Shown here piece after piece: positions 12,892 through 25,489 of a stretch of DNA of 64,000 bases. The position numbers and the translations under genes were made by a program. This DNA is from Chiloscyllium plagiosum (lineage: Eukaryota): assembly GCF_004010195.1 (NCBI RefSeq), contig NC_057719.1:33441520-33505519 (forward strand), written 5' to 3'. The notes below the pieces were generated by a model. The model worked only from the letters and a program-made list of their open reading frames with translations, had not been told where the DNA came from and searched no databases. The stretch's first letter is position 1. The number at the start of each line of letters is the position of its first letter.

Positions 12892-13736
12892 TTTGGGCCT
12901 GTTGTCACTCACTAGTGAGCTTTTCATCACACCGTTCAAAATGTGGTTGCATATTTGATCTTTTTCTCACTCGACATTGAATATCTACTTTCTGCCAATA
13001 TTGTCTTTGTCTCCTAACTAACTCACCACTGACCCCATCACTCAGGGGCTGAGAAGATTCCACCCATCAATTTGGTTCATGTTGTAACTTGTAGGTTTTA
13101 TTGTTTTAATACTTCACTAATTAATGCATATTAAACAAGGTCCGACTCAAAGCATGCTTTAATTGTAAATGGACATGCAGATCCACAAAATATATCAAAA
13201 TTAGAACTCAGGGCAATGAGAGACAGCAGCATCAGCTGAATTACAAGCAACAGATTGTTGGATTGGTGTTATTTTAATACCAATGACAACTCGTTCCTTA
13301 AAATCATTCAGAGGAATTTAAACCTTGGCCTCACTGAGACTGTCTCACTGTTATTAGATTTCCACATCCCCACAACCCACCAATCAGTGAAGTGGGATCA
13401 GCCTGTATTGGGTAGGCTTGAAAATTAATGGAGGGTGGAGGAGGGGCTTAGGAGTGATATCAGGAATGCCAGTGGCAATCCTATTGTTGGAATTTTAGAA
13501 CTGGATTGGCTAAGCATGCAAGTTACATGCCTACACACAGCTGTTCTGACATTGCAAACTCCACTGTGAAGATGATCACCTCAGATATTTGCATTTCTGA
13601 TGTAGTTAGGCTAACATTTAAAGACACCATGATCCACACTTGTTCAAAGGTTTCATCGGCATGGGTTCTGATCTGGTGTCAGATGCTTTGACCTTCGTCA
13701 TAACCATTTCATTCAAAAGACTTTGTCAACTTCACA

Positions 13737-13902
13737 AGGTACAATTACCACATTTAAAAGACACCTGGATTGGTGTATGAATAGGAAGGATTGAGAGAGA
13801 TATGGGCAAAGTGCTGCCAAAATTAGGTTAGGATATCTGGTCGGCATGAACAAGTTGGACCGAAGGGTCTGTTTCTGTGCTGGATGTCTCTATGATTCTA
13901 TG
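13737..13902 (+). mobile_element. CR1 LINE 3' tail
   Basis: ggtacaattaccacatttaaaagacacctggat...ctctatgattctatg. Confidence 0.85.
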
Positions 13903-14690
13903 TCAAAATGAAATCTTATATGAAAAGTTACATATGTTCAAATGCATGAGTTGATGATGCAGTTGTGCAATGGCATTTCATTGTGAATAGCTGAGCTCCA
14001 AACTCTAATAGATTCATCTCAGCAGGAGTTGTTGATATAACTATTAAGCTGTGAGCTTAGTTATTTTGATCATTGTATGACCTCTTAGTAGTATAGGTAT
14101 AATCTTTTGAAGTGGTTTTTGATTGACTGCTTATCTGAACAATTTTATAAGGTTTTAATATGGCTATGTTTTTACAAGTGCATTATGAAGTACTGATTAT
14201 ATACTTTGACAGGTTAATGAACATTTAAAATACTTCCTATTGTTTTTTTTAGCATTCCTAAGTTTATACATAATGGATAGTGGGTGAGTAAAGATGTAAA
14301 GAGAGAGAGGGTTAAGGAGGTGAGCAGGTAAGAAATGAGGAATAGGGAACATCTCATGTATCGGCTAAACTAAGGTGGTGTTCCAGTGAAAGGAGGCAGG
14401 CTTCTTAACCTTCCAGCATTAGCATCCGCCTGACTCCATTTCCACCTCAGACTTGCTTCTGGTGATAACAGCCTTGAATTCAGCCCATTCCCACCGCCCC
14501 ATCACGAACATAGCATTAGTAGGGACTGGATTCCAGGAGGCAGGTTTGTGAAGTCAGAGAATGGACTGACTCCTAATTCCCCCCTTGGTCTCTGTTGGGG
14601 GAGAGCTGTCAACAAACAGCATCCCATTTTGCTTTGTTAGGTATTTCTCACCATTTTCACCATAAGGCAAAAAAAAAAGACTCATCTGTT

Positions 14691-15447
14691 TGTGGGATGT
14701 AGGTAAAGCAGTGTTACAATCATAATTGCTTATACAAGGTAAATGAACTCACAGCAGTGTATAATTGTTTCAGCCAAGAGCTGAGTTAACAAGAATGAAA
14801 ACTATGTGAAGGAAATATATAATTGTTTTTGTATTAGCTAAAATGTGCATACAAGAATGAAATGTGCCTGCAAACAACGGTAGATGTTAGAGACAAATAG
14901 ATAAGATGCTGTGAGGGGAGGGGGTTAAGCTAGATATGCCTATACAAACAGTAGTTATAAGCATCTGTTTCCCACTTCTGCAAAAACAAGAACAAAACAC
15001 AATCAAGAGATCATGAGGTCATAAGGTCCAGTATGGACAAAGAACAAAAGGAAATGTTGCTTTGGCAAGCGAGGGAAACAGATGGCAGTGAAGAAGGATA
15101 TATAACAATAAGACCACAAAGGGATGTGGTCAAACAGCCTTGTGAGGCCAGAGATAAACATTTTGTCACGGACAAGGCCGGATGAGTTCAGAGATAAACA
15201 AGAGTAGTGGGCGTCAGGATTAGAGTAGTGGGAAATGTAAACAGGGGAGGAGCAATGGAAGGGGGGGGGGGGAAGAGAAACAAATTACATAAATATTGTG
15301 TTACTCGTTAAACTCGGTGTGTGTGTGACTGCCTTTGTAAACAGTAGACACCACACCCCCCCTTGCAAGAGCGTAATAAACGATACTACTGCTTCAGATC
15401 TTGTCTCTGACTGAAATTATTGAAGTGAGTGAGCTTCGTTTCTCACA
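14691..15447 (+). mobile_element. Solo LTR (757 bp), ERV- or Gypsy-type
   Basis: TG...CA ends with short inverted termini (TGTGGGA / TCTCACA). 4-bp TSD TGTT at 14687-14690 and 15448-15451. Internal repeats cagagataaaca x2 and agagtagtggg x2; CATAAATA at about 15288; AATAAA at 15375-15380. Confidence 0.85.
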
Positions 15448-16083
15448 TGTTGGAATGATTTTTTTTATAATGTTTCTCTGTTTTCAGGGGCATTGTTGCA
15501 CTTCTACTGTGCTTCAATGTCCAATAAAAATGCAATGACAAAACTTATATTCCACAAGAGTAACCTGAAACATTCTCTGATCATTCAGTGAGCCAGTATA
15601 TACCTTCGCGTAGATTGCTTTATTTCCTCAATCCACTAACAGTTTGATGCACAATGGGTATTCTGTCCCTGAGAAAACCTTGCTGGTCCTCTCAGCTGGC
15701 TGATTCCTTCCATTCAGTGCACTCCTGATTAGCTTGGATGCCTTCCTGCTTACAAAACTATTATTATTTTCATGAGCCTACCAAGAACCCAAACTTTAAC
15801 ATGGGCGTAGAACATCCAGCTGACACCTGACATTTGGACATCTGCAGTGCTTAAGCAAACTCCCAATTTGACTAATTTTTGAACTGCACAATTGACTAAA
15901 ACAATCTGGACAGCATAGAGTCCAAAAAGGCTGCACCAAGTTTTAAAATCCAGTCGTGTAGTAGCAGAGGAATTATGAATCGAAACCGGTACATATGTCT
16001 GTGTGTGGTTACAGAAAATATGTAGGCACTCACAAACGATAGTTTAGAGACAAAGAGAGAAGGCATGGACCTCATTCAAAGTA

Positions 16084-16285
16084 GAGTTTAGATCAGAGTG
16101 GTGCTGGAAAAGCACAGCAGGTCAAGGCAGCATCCGAGGAGCGGAAAAATCAACGTTTATTCCTGATGAAGGGCTTTTGCACAAAATGTCAATTTTCCTG
16201 CTCCTCGGATGCTGCTTGACCTGCTGTGCTTTTCCAGCACTACTCTGATCTAAGCTCTGGTTTCCAGCATCTGCAGTCCTACTTT
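16084..16285. mobile_element. Penelope-derived fold-back element
   Basis: Inverted arms tagatcagagtggtgctggaaaagcacagcagg / cctgctgtgcttttccagcactactctgatcta; central CTGATGA at 16163 with decayed GAAA. Confidence 0.8.
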
Positions 16286-19068
16286 GAATGTAGACCAACT
16301 ATCAGAAACAATAGTAGCAGAAAAATGAGGTTGGGCCTCAGTGAATCAGATTTGGGTAGTGAAACAGGACACCCACTGGTACTCATATGATTATGCTCCC
16401 AGTCAGAATTTGAATTTATAAGAAGCTGTAAACAGATCACAATAACATGGGAAACAATCAAAATTGTTTGCTTGACAGGATTTCATGGCACTGAATACAA
16501 TAAGAGAGATGCTTCAAATGATTACATGAAATTAGCAAAACTGTTGAAAACAATGGGAGATCCACTAGGTGGCCTCTTTCCAAATAGCTACACTATTTAT
16601 ATTCTGGGTAAAGCTCCATCAAGTTACTAACAGGAGTACCATCTTCACTAAAAACAACATATACTGGATTCCAGCATCTGCAGTAATTTGTTCCTTTGTG
16701 ATTTCCAGCATTTGTTGTTTTCAGTACAGATTCCAGCATCTACAGTAACTTGTTCTACCACGTTCACTAAATTGGCCTTGCAATAGATAGAAGGACTTTT
16801 TAGCTGCTCCAATACCAACCATTCTACATCACCATTAAATTATGTTTAATTTTTCATATTACTTTCAGTTCCTCTACCCTTTTAGCCTTGGTACAGGCCA
16901 ATTATGGTTTGAAATGTAGAGAAGGGTGTCAAACTATTGCCACATCATTTAGCATAATAAAGACTAAGATTTTTAAACTCACACCTTAGACTAAGTTTCT
17001 ATTTGAGGGCAAGGTTGTGTGTGGTTAATTATGCAGACAAGCTGATCATGGGTTACATGTACTGCACTGAACATCTGACCCAATTTGTAACAGTTCCCTA
17101 ACCAGTATAGGCTGAAGATCATTTAGATTTGAAATTTTATACCAATGGGTAGATCACAGGATATCACCGTAAGGACTCCTCACAATTTAGCAAAGCTAAA
17201 CTTCAGCATCATATTCTTATTAGCATAATATTACTAATGATCACTGTTCTTAAATATCATTTTTTCTCACTTTAGAGTAATGGTGTAATCATCTTTAACC
17301 TTATCATCATTCACTTCCTTCAGGTTGTACCTAACTTGTTACATCCCAAGGGATGCATGGTGTATGAACCACATTTTGTTTCAGTAGATTTTTAACTAAA
17401 AGATCAGCAATTAGAAAAGCATTAAACAAAAAAAATTGCAAAAGTGCTACTTGTCATGCAGCCGCAAATAATGGTTACCCTTGATTTGCTATGTCATTTT
17501 TAAAAATTAGTCGACAGAACTTTCAAGCTAATTTCAAACAATAAAGATCACAGAACTGAGCTCAGCTCCAAGGAACAGCAATGCAGAATTGAAGCACTTG
17601 AGATTCATTCTGGAATCTGCCAAAAAAGTGTAGCATAGTTTGACCAGTCAGATGAGGCTTTTTAGTTATATTGATGTGATTGGTACTAGATTTCAAAACA
17701 TATAGGAACTGAGGTGGAACTGGTCTGAAAACATGCCAATTTTCTAATGTTTTTCTGAACACTGCCCATATGAGACTAGGTAGGATCAGTGTTCACAGAG
17801 CTACTTGCCTTGATGTGACAGCTGATTAAGTTTGTCAAGTTCCCTAGTCTAACCAATTTACTAATAAATGGCTTTAATTTTTCAGTCAACCTCCAGTTTC
17901 AGACATTTGCAGCAATCAGTTTAGTTTCTTCGGGGCAGGTGACCAGCAATAAAGAAACAGAGAGCAGGAAGCCCTCCTTGCCTCCTTGAAAATAAGTACA
18001 GCCACTTACCATCCTAAAGAGGCACCTTTCACCCATATCATTGGAAAGGAAAATACTTTAAGGTATTGGAAACATTGATGACAAGGCATCTCCATGTTGA
18101 AGCATCATCTCTGTTATTTACCTATCATCACACTCTGCTGCTTCTCTCTGACTGGAATGCCTCTGATTAGCCATCCGGTTTTGAAAAGCCATCAATTGCC
18201 TTTAATTGGACAGGGAACCTGACTCTATGCCAATTATGAAGACCATTCTGAAAATCCCAGTGCGTGACCAAACACAGGTGTGAGTGAGACCCAGAAAGAG
18301 TCTTGTCTTCTGTGTCCTGCCACCATTGGAAAAAGTCTGCCATTTTTGTGACACTAAAATGCTATTATGCCAATATTAAGTGTATCTCCATTAGTGACCA
18401 AGGTAATAGTTATTTTGAATGTTGAATCTGCCTGATTTTCAATGTGGGTTGTAAGGGTAGGTAATTTACAACAAAACAAATGAAAACTGTAATTTGTTAC
18501 ATAGTTTTAATAAGAATTCCATTAAATCCCATTATTAAGTGTTGAAAGGTTTTGGTTAAAAGCTAGTCTCAGTGAAATTAACAGAGTATCAAAGAATAAA
18601 AAAAAACCTGTAAACCACTCAAAAATTTTAAAACTGCATCGACCGACTATGTCTTTTCTGAACAATTTACTATTTACAGATGCCAATATATTGATTCAGT
18701 TTGACAATGTTGATCAAAACTCAATAACAATTCAAAAAATGGACTTCTAAATTCCATTTGTTATCCCATTAAAATGTTTAGTTAAAATTTCCAGATAATA
18801 TTAAAATCAGTTGACTATTATATGTAGAGGATGGCAACTTTATTCCTGGACAATGTTAATATAACTGCCGCAGTCAAATTATTTGGTATTTATGAAGTTG
18901 AACACCATTCCAAACATTGATTTGGGATTAGACTTACTGTACAACCTGCTGTCGTGATTGTAATGAGGTCAGCCAGGTGGACTTCATAGAATGTATGAGC
19001 TCCCTGATTTGGGCTATGAATCTGGTCCAATCAGGGAACCCTGGCAGACAGATATAAACAAGAGAGTC

Positions 19069-19298
19069 ACCCGGGTGTTTTCCTATCTTCCTGGTGGTGG
19101 AATTTGAATAAAGATTCGTGCACTTTGTGTCTTTCACTGTGTCTCACACCTGCACACACACCATGGATGCTGGGGAAAAAATAAGCACTACCACACTTAA
19201 GTGGTAGTGTGGGGGTTAATATAAAAAAAAAGAAAAAAAAATTGGAAACAGGTCATTTCCCTGCCCTCCCAAAAAAGAAAAACAACAAAAAAAAAAAT
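19069..19298 (+). mobile_element. Tx1-like LINE, 3' UTR-only copy 1
   Basis: Same 3' UTR as the ORF-bearing copies (aataaagattcgtgcac..., hairpin, A-rich tail). Confidence 0.8.
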
Positions 19299-19311
19299 AA
19301 ACAAGAGAGTC

Positions 19312-19470
19312 ACCCGGGTGTTTTCCTATCTTCCTGGTGGTGGAATTTGAATAAAGATTCGTGCACTTTGTGTCCTTCACTGTGTCTCACACGTATACAC
19401 ACACACCATGGGTGCTGGGGAAAAAAATAAGCACTACCACACCTAGGCAGTTTATAAAAAGAAAAAAAAG
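19312..19470 (+). mobile_element. Tx1-like LINE, 3' UTR-only copy 2
   Basis: Near-identical to copy 1, with the same 5' junction aaacaagagagtc|acccgggtg. Confidence 0.8.
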
Positions 19471-19610
19471 AAACAGGAGCGTGTTAGAGGTTCTGTTCTC
19501 TTAAAGCTGGCTTTGAGGGAGCTGGATCAGTATCTGTAGGGGGTAAAGGAAAAAAAAGAAAAAAAAAGAAAAAAAAGAAAAAAAAAAGAAAAAATATAAA
19601 CAAGAGAGTC

Positions 19611-20135
19611 CGGTCCAGGCAGCGGGCCGTGGAGGGGGTCGTTAGGGCCATCTGCCTGCCCTTCTTCCGCGGTTACGCTAGAGCCCGGGTGTCCTTGGAG
19701 AAGGAGCATGCGGTGTCCACCAATACCCTGGAGTTGTTCAGGGAGAGGTGGGCGCCGCAGGGAGTGGAGTGCATCATTTCTCCCTCCAACTCTATTTTGA
19801 TTTAGTCCCTACCCTCCTCTTCACTGTTTTGATCACACAGCATTGCCCTTTGATGTGAAGGGCACTGCTTGTCACCGGTCACTCGGGTGTTTCCTATCTT
19901 CCTGGTGGTGGAATTTGAATAAAGATTCGTGCACTTTGTGTCTCTCACGGTGTCTCACACCTACACACACACACACCATGGGTGCTGGGGAAAAAATAAG
20001 CACTACCACAATTAGGCGGTAGTGTGGGGGTTAAAAAAAAGGAAGAAAAGAAAAAAATACAGAAATTCCTCCCAAAAAAAGAAAAAAAAACAAAAGAGTT
20101 TAAGAAAAATAAAGAAAAAAAACAAAAAAAAAGAG
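19611..20135 (+). mobile_element. Tx1-like LINE 5'-truncated copy 3
   Basis: Encodes RSRQRAVEGVVRAICLPFFRGYARARVSLEKEHAVSTNTLELFRERWAPQG, followed by the 3' UTR and an A-rich tail. Confidence 0.8.
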
Positions 20136-20189
20136 AACAGGAGGGTCAGACAACTTGTTCACTCTGAAAAAAAAAATTAACAGGAGAGT

Positions 20190-20725
20190 TTGCACTTCAG
20201 TCCCACGCTCCTTATCTTCAAGCACCCGATACGGAAGAGTGAGGGCAGGTCTGAAGACCTCCTGGTGGGTCTACTCATGGGCCTGGCCAAACTGGCCATA
20301 AACAGATCCAGGCAGCGGGTCGTGGAGGGGGTCATTAGGGCCGACTGCCTGCCCCTCTTCCGCGGTTATGTTAGAGCCCGGGTGTCCTTGGAGAAGGAGC
20401 ACGCGGTCTCCACCCTGGAGTTGTTCAGGGAGATCGTGGGTGCCGCAGGGAGTGGAGTGCATTATTTCCCCCTCCAACTCTATTTTGATTTAATCCCTGC
20501 CCTCCCCTTCACTGTTTGATCACACAGCATTCCCCTTTGATGTCAAGGGCACTGCTTGTCACTGGCCACTCGGGTGTTTCCTTTCTTCCTGGTGGTGGAA
20601 ATTTGAATAAGGATTCATGCACCTTGAGTCTTTCACTGTGTCTTACACCTGCACACACACGACGTGGGTGCTGGGGAAAAAATAAGTACTACTGCAGTTA
20701 GGCAGTTTATAAAAAGAAAAAAAAG
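20190..20725 (+). mobile_element. Tx1-like LINE 5'-truncated copy 4
   Basis: ORF 20190..20519 LLVGLLMGLAKLAINRSRQ...FRGYVRARVSLEKEHA resembles the Tx1/L1-clade ORF2 C-terminus. Confidence 0.8.
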
Positions 20726-21514
20726 AAACAGGAGCGTGTTAGAGGTTCTGTTCTCTTAAAGCTGGCTCTGAGGGAGCTGGATCAGTATCAAGAACTTTTC
20801 ACATGCAAATAAAAAGTGACTTGGTGTTGCGATACCAGCCTTTGTGGAGTTACTTAACCCACAATAACATTTATTTCTTAGGCGAATTACTTGTCCTCAC
20901 TAAATTTGTAAATATTACAACAAGTTGTAAAACCTCCAATGAAACCATGGGCCAATGACATGTTTCCAGTGAGGAATGATACTTGCTGAAAGCTTATTAC
21001 AGGAAATCATGGCTGATTGACCATGGGCAGAAAATCACAGGCTCTGCACCTGCAGATTCCAATGACGCACTGCCTATGAACTCCACGATACATTGGGAGT
21101 GCAGAGCTCAGCCCATCACAAGCACATACAGTACCTGCCTTGCTACTGTGGTCATGATTGCTCCATCCCAATCATTTATCTCAAGGCTGATGGTTTCATG
21201 GTAATTAAAATAATAGTCACATATCTTACTCAGAACAGTTCATTGAAGCTATGAGTATCAGGACAGTGCTGTGTGCCAGGACATTGGCATAGCACAGTCA
21301 AAGAGTGCAGTTGGTCCTGTACTTATTTTCTGGACTGCAATTTTGCCATCTGTTTGCATCCAAGGCAGTGCATACACAGACTCCATGCAAATTTCATTAG
21401 TAAAAAGAAAGACTCATTCCTCTGTACAGATTTTCATGAATGGAAAATGTCCCAGTGTTTCACAGACTACATTTCAAAATGTTTAGTTGACATGTTGTCA
21501 CGTATATAAATTTT

Positions 21515-22231
21515 ATTTCCTCTTAGAATATTGGCATCGCTGGCTGGACTGGCATTCATTGCTCATGACAGGGTGGTAGTGGGATACTTTCTTGAACAAC
21601 AGCAGCCCATTTGTTGTAGTTGCATCAACAATGGCAGGGGGTTCCAACAACTTGACTCAACAACATTGAGGGAACAACAATATTTTGTTATATTATCCAA
21701 GTGAAGATGGTGAGTGGCTAAGAAAGAACATGCAAGTGGTGGTGTTCCTGTGTAGCTGCTGTCCTTGTCCTTCTAGATAGTAGTGGTCATGGGTTTGAAA
21801 GGTGCCAAGCAACTTTGGTGAATTGCTGCTACTGAGAGTCATTGTGAAGGGAGTGAATGTTTGTAGATGTGCTATTAATCAAGTGGTCTGCTCTGTCCTG
21901 GATGATGTCAAGCTTCTTGAGTTTTGTTGAGCTGCAGTCAACCAGGCAAGTGGGTAATATTCACTCTCACTGCTGACTTGTGCCTCGTAGATGGTCGACA
22001 GGTTTTGGAGAGAAATGAGGTGAGTTCGTCACTGCAGGATTACACATTGTTGAATAGCTGCTAGTGTTGTTGCTGCCCTCCTGCTCCCTTCATTCAACCC
22101 GAGTCGATTGCCTGGCTTAACGGTGATATGCAGGGCCATGATGTTGTAGATTGTTTTGGAGTACAATATGACTGCTGCTGATGATCCATATTGCTTCATG
22201 AATTTCCAGTCTTCAGTTTCTAGTCTTCCAA
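21515..22231 (-). mobile_element. Old CR1/L2-group LINE, 3' part (5' part at 25490-26060)
   Basis: Recognisable reverse 3' tail and decayed RT-region sequence; interrupted by the CR1 at 22232. Confidence 0.6.
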
Positions 22232-25230
22232 TCATAGAATCATACAGTACAGAAGAAGCACATCAGCCCATTGAGTCTGCACCAATGAAATTTATTCTAA
22301 ATCTACATTAGCTCCACTTTCCAGCAGTTGGCCCATAGCCATGAATGTTATGATATTTCAAGTACTCGTCCACGTACATTTTAAAGGTTTGGAGATGCTG
22401 GTGTTGGACTGGGGTGTACAAAGTTAAAAATCACACAACACCAGTTTATAGTTCAACTTTGGAGCTGTACATTTTAATAGTTTTGAGACTTTCCACTTCA
22501 ACTACCCTCCCAGGTAGAACATTCCACGTTTCCAGGACCCTTTGGGTGAAACAAAATTTTTCCTCAAATGCCCTCTAAAGTTCCTGCCTTCCATCTTAAA
22601 ATTATGCCCCTTGGTATTGGTCTTTTAAGTAAGGGGAGCAGTTGCTTCATATCAACCATATTTATGCCCCTCAATCTTATGCAACTCAATTCGGTCTCCT
22701 CTCAAAACTTCTCCAATCTAAAGAATTTAACCTGAGCTTATGCAGTCTTTCTTCATAGCTAACCTGCTTTCCCACCCCAAATAGGCAAGCTCCAGGCGAA
22801 TCTTCTCCACATCCCCTCCAGTGCTATCACATCCTCCCTTCAGTGCAGTGACCACAATTGCACACTGTACTGCAATCTAACCAAAGTGTTGAATACCTCC
22901 AACAAGCTACATGCTTTTTAAATTTATGTTATGACTGATAAAGGCAAACATCTCATATGTCTTCTTAATACCCTACTAACCTGTCCTACCATCTTCAGAG
23001 GTCTGTGGACAACCATCCCAAGATCTGACTGTTCGTTTGAAATTCTTATTGTCCTGCCATTTACTGAGTACTCTCTTGTCTTGTTACTTCTTCCAAAGTA
23101 CAGCACCTCTTACTTTTCAGGGTTAAATGCCATCTGTCACTAATCTGCCCATCTAACTAATCAGCCTACATCCTCCTGTAACTTTAGACATTTTTCCTTG
23201 CCATTAATCATCCAGGCAATCTTCATGTCATCTTCCCAACATTTTCTTCTATAGTCACTCATATACATCACAAACAATAAGGGATCCAGCATTGATCACT
23301 GCAGGCACCAGCCTCCAATCAGACAAACTGCCTTCTAACAGCACCGTCTGTCCCCTACCACTGAGTAAATTTGGAATCCAGCTTACCTAGATTCCAATGT
23401 GGGACCTTGTCAAATGACTTTCTGAAATCTATTTAAGCTACATCAACTGCATGACCCTCATTTAAAAATCTGGTCATTTCCCAAAATAATTCAATGAAAT
23501 TTAGACATGACCTTCCTCTGACAAAACCATGTTGACTATCCCTGATCAAACCATGCCCCTCCAGGTGGAGATTAATTCTCTCCTGCAGAATTTTCAATTA
23601 CTTTCCTGATCATTGATGTGAAACTCTCTGATCTGTAATTCCCTGGTTTATCTCTACCACCCTTCTTGAAAAGTAGAAGCACATTAGTTGTCCTCCAGGC
23701 ATCTGGCACCTCCTCTTTGGCCACACAGCTATTAAAAACTTGGGTCAGAGCCCTTGTAATTTCCTCCCATGTCTCCCACAGCAGCCTGGGATAAAACTCA
23801 GCTCAACCTGGGAATTTGTTACCTTTAAACACTCCAAAACGCCCAATACCTCCTCATTCCCATGTCAAACTGCTTAAAAATGTTACAGTCCAACTTCACA
23901 AATTTTGTACCAACATATTTTTCTAATCACATTGTTCAGAGATTTTATCCAGACTTCTGGAGCAAGTGGAACATGAAACTGGGCCTCCTGGTTCAGAGAG
24001 GAGGAAACTACCACTGTGCCACCAGAGCCCTGATTCTGACCCTACTCTCCAAAGTGAAGACAGATATGAAATCCTTGTTTCATACTCTATTAATGTCTCC
24101 TGGCTAAATGCACATATCCTTGGTCCTTAATGGCTTCTATTCTTTCCCTCATCTTTTAAGCCTATATTCTTCCCCAATTCCATTGGCAATGTCTCCATCC
24201 CACTGTTTTGCTGTAGATTTACCCAGAAGTGACTGTTCCCTTTCTACTTTGGCCAGATCCTGCCTTATTTTAATAAAATATGCTTTAACGCAATCCAAAA
24301 CCTTTTATTTTCAAAGGCCATCTTGTTCCTTTTCTGCAACAAAATTAAAACATACGATGCTGTGTTCACTTTCACGAAAATGTGATCTCACTAGCACCTC
24401 ATTCCCCCATCTCTGTTCTCCCCATTATTAGGTTTAGCACTGCATTTTCCCTTGTTGGACTTTCTTCGTGTTGATATAAAAATGTCTCTTAAATACATTG
24501 AGAAACTTGCCCCTCTCAACCTTTGATATATGACTATCCTGATAAATGCTGGAGAAGTTGAAATCCTGTAATATAGTTACCGTATTGTTTTTACACACCT
24601 TAAGTGATTTGACAACATATCTGCTGCTCTACTGTCCACAATCTATTTGGGTGCCTATAACACCCTCGCAGCCTGTATTACACTCCCAGCAATGTGACAG
24701 CACCCTTCTTTACTCCAAGCTCTACTCACGAAGCCAGACTTTCAACCTTAACAGTAACTGACTCCTTAATGAAATTGCAACACCACCTCCCCTTCTGTAC
24801 CCTCCCCTGACCTACCTGAAGATTCCATCTCCAGGAATGTGGATTTGCCTTTCCTTTACCTCTGTGATGTCAACAACCTCGAAATTCCACATGTCAATCC
24901 ACGCCCTTAACTCAACTGCCTTACCTGTAATATGCCTTGCATTAAAACAGAGGCCATCCAGCCTCACCTTATTCCCCTGAAATACAACATGGCTGAACTC
25001 CCTCACCCTTCACTAACACTGTGCCACTTCCCCAGCCGAACAGGTTTAAATACCTCCCAACAGCACTGGCAAACCCACCTGCAAGGATGTTAGTCTCATT
25101 CTGGTTCAGTTGCAGACCATCCTGCTTCCCAAAAAGTTTCCCAGTGATCCAAGAATCTAAAACTTCCCTCCTGCATCAACTCTTGACTCATTCATTCATC
25201 TGCCCTCTTCTCTTTCTGTACTCACTAGCC
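22232..25230 (-). mobile_element. Long decayed CR1 LINE
   Basis: atcatagaatcata tail; ORFs 22924..23106 (DLGMVVHRPLK) and 24812..25006 (CFNARHITGKAVELRAWI, APE N-terminus). Contains a PLE fragment at about 22390-22460 and a SINE fragment at about 23935-24030. Confidence 0.8.
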
Positions 25231-25489
25231 CATTTGAAGTCTAGCTCATTGAGTGTTGCACTGGGGTGGAGAAAGTCTGAAGTCAAATGACACCAAGTTA
25301 TACTTCACCTGACACCTTTCACTTTGAAAGCCCCTTATTTCAAATAAACCTGTTAACTATAACCTGGTGTCATGTGACTTCTGACTTTATCTTATTGAGC
25401 AAAGTGATAGTGCCATACAAAATGATGCAAGGTATTTTCAAAGTAAAAATGGGACTTAGTTTCCACAGGGCCTGTGGTCACTCTGACTG

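Larger units (their letters stand above)
18950..20857 (+). mobile_element. Short solo LTR split by a Tx1-like insertion array
   Basis: 5' part tgtcgtgattg...ccaatc...gatataaac (18950-19068). 3' part aaacaggagcgtgttag...aataaaaag...gagttacttaa (20726-20857). Flanks cctgc / cccac fit a CpG-decayed 5-bp TSD (cccgc). Confidence 0.65.

Noticed and set aside
15488..15587. Possible plus-strand exon after a strong acceptor (ALLHFYCASMSNKNAMTKLIFHK...)
   Set aside because: Weak donor (TCA|gtgagc) and no recognisable peptide; not enough support to call.
19069..20725. Repeat-spacer-like array resembling CRISPR
   Set aside because: The units are poly(A)-tailed LINE 3' ends in a eukaryotic context, with no cas genes.
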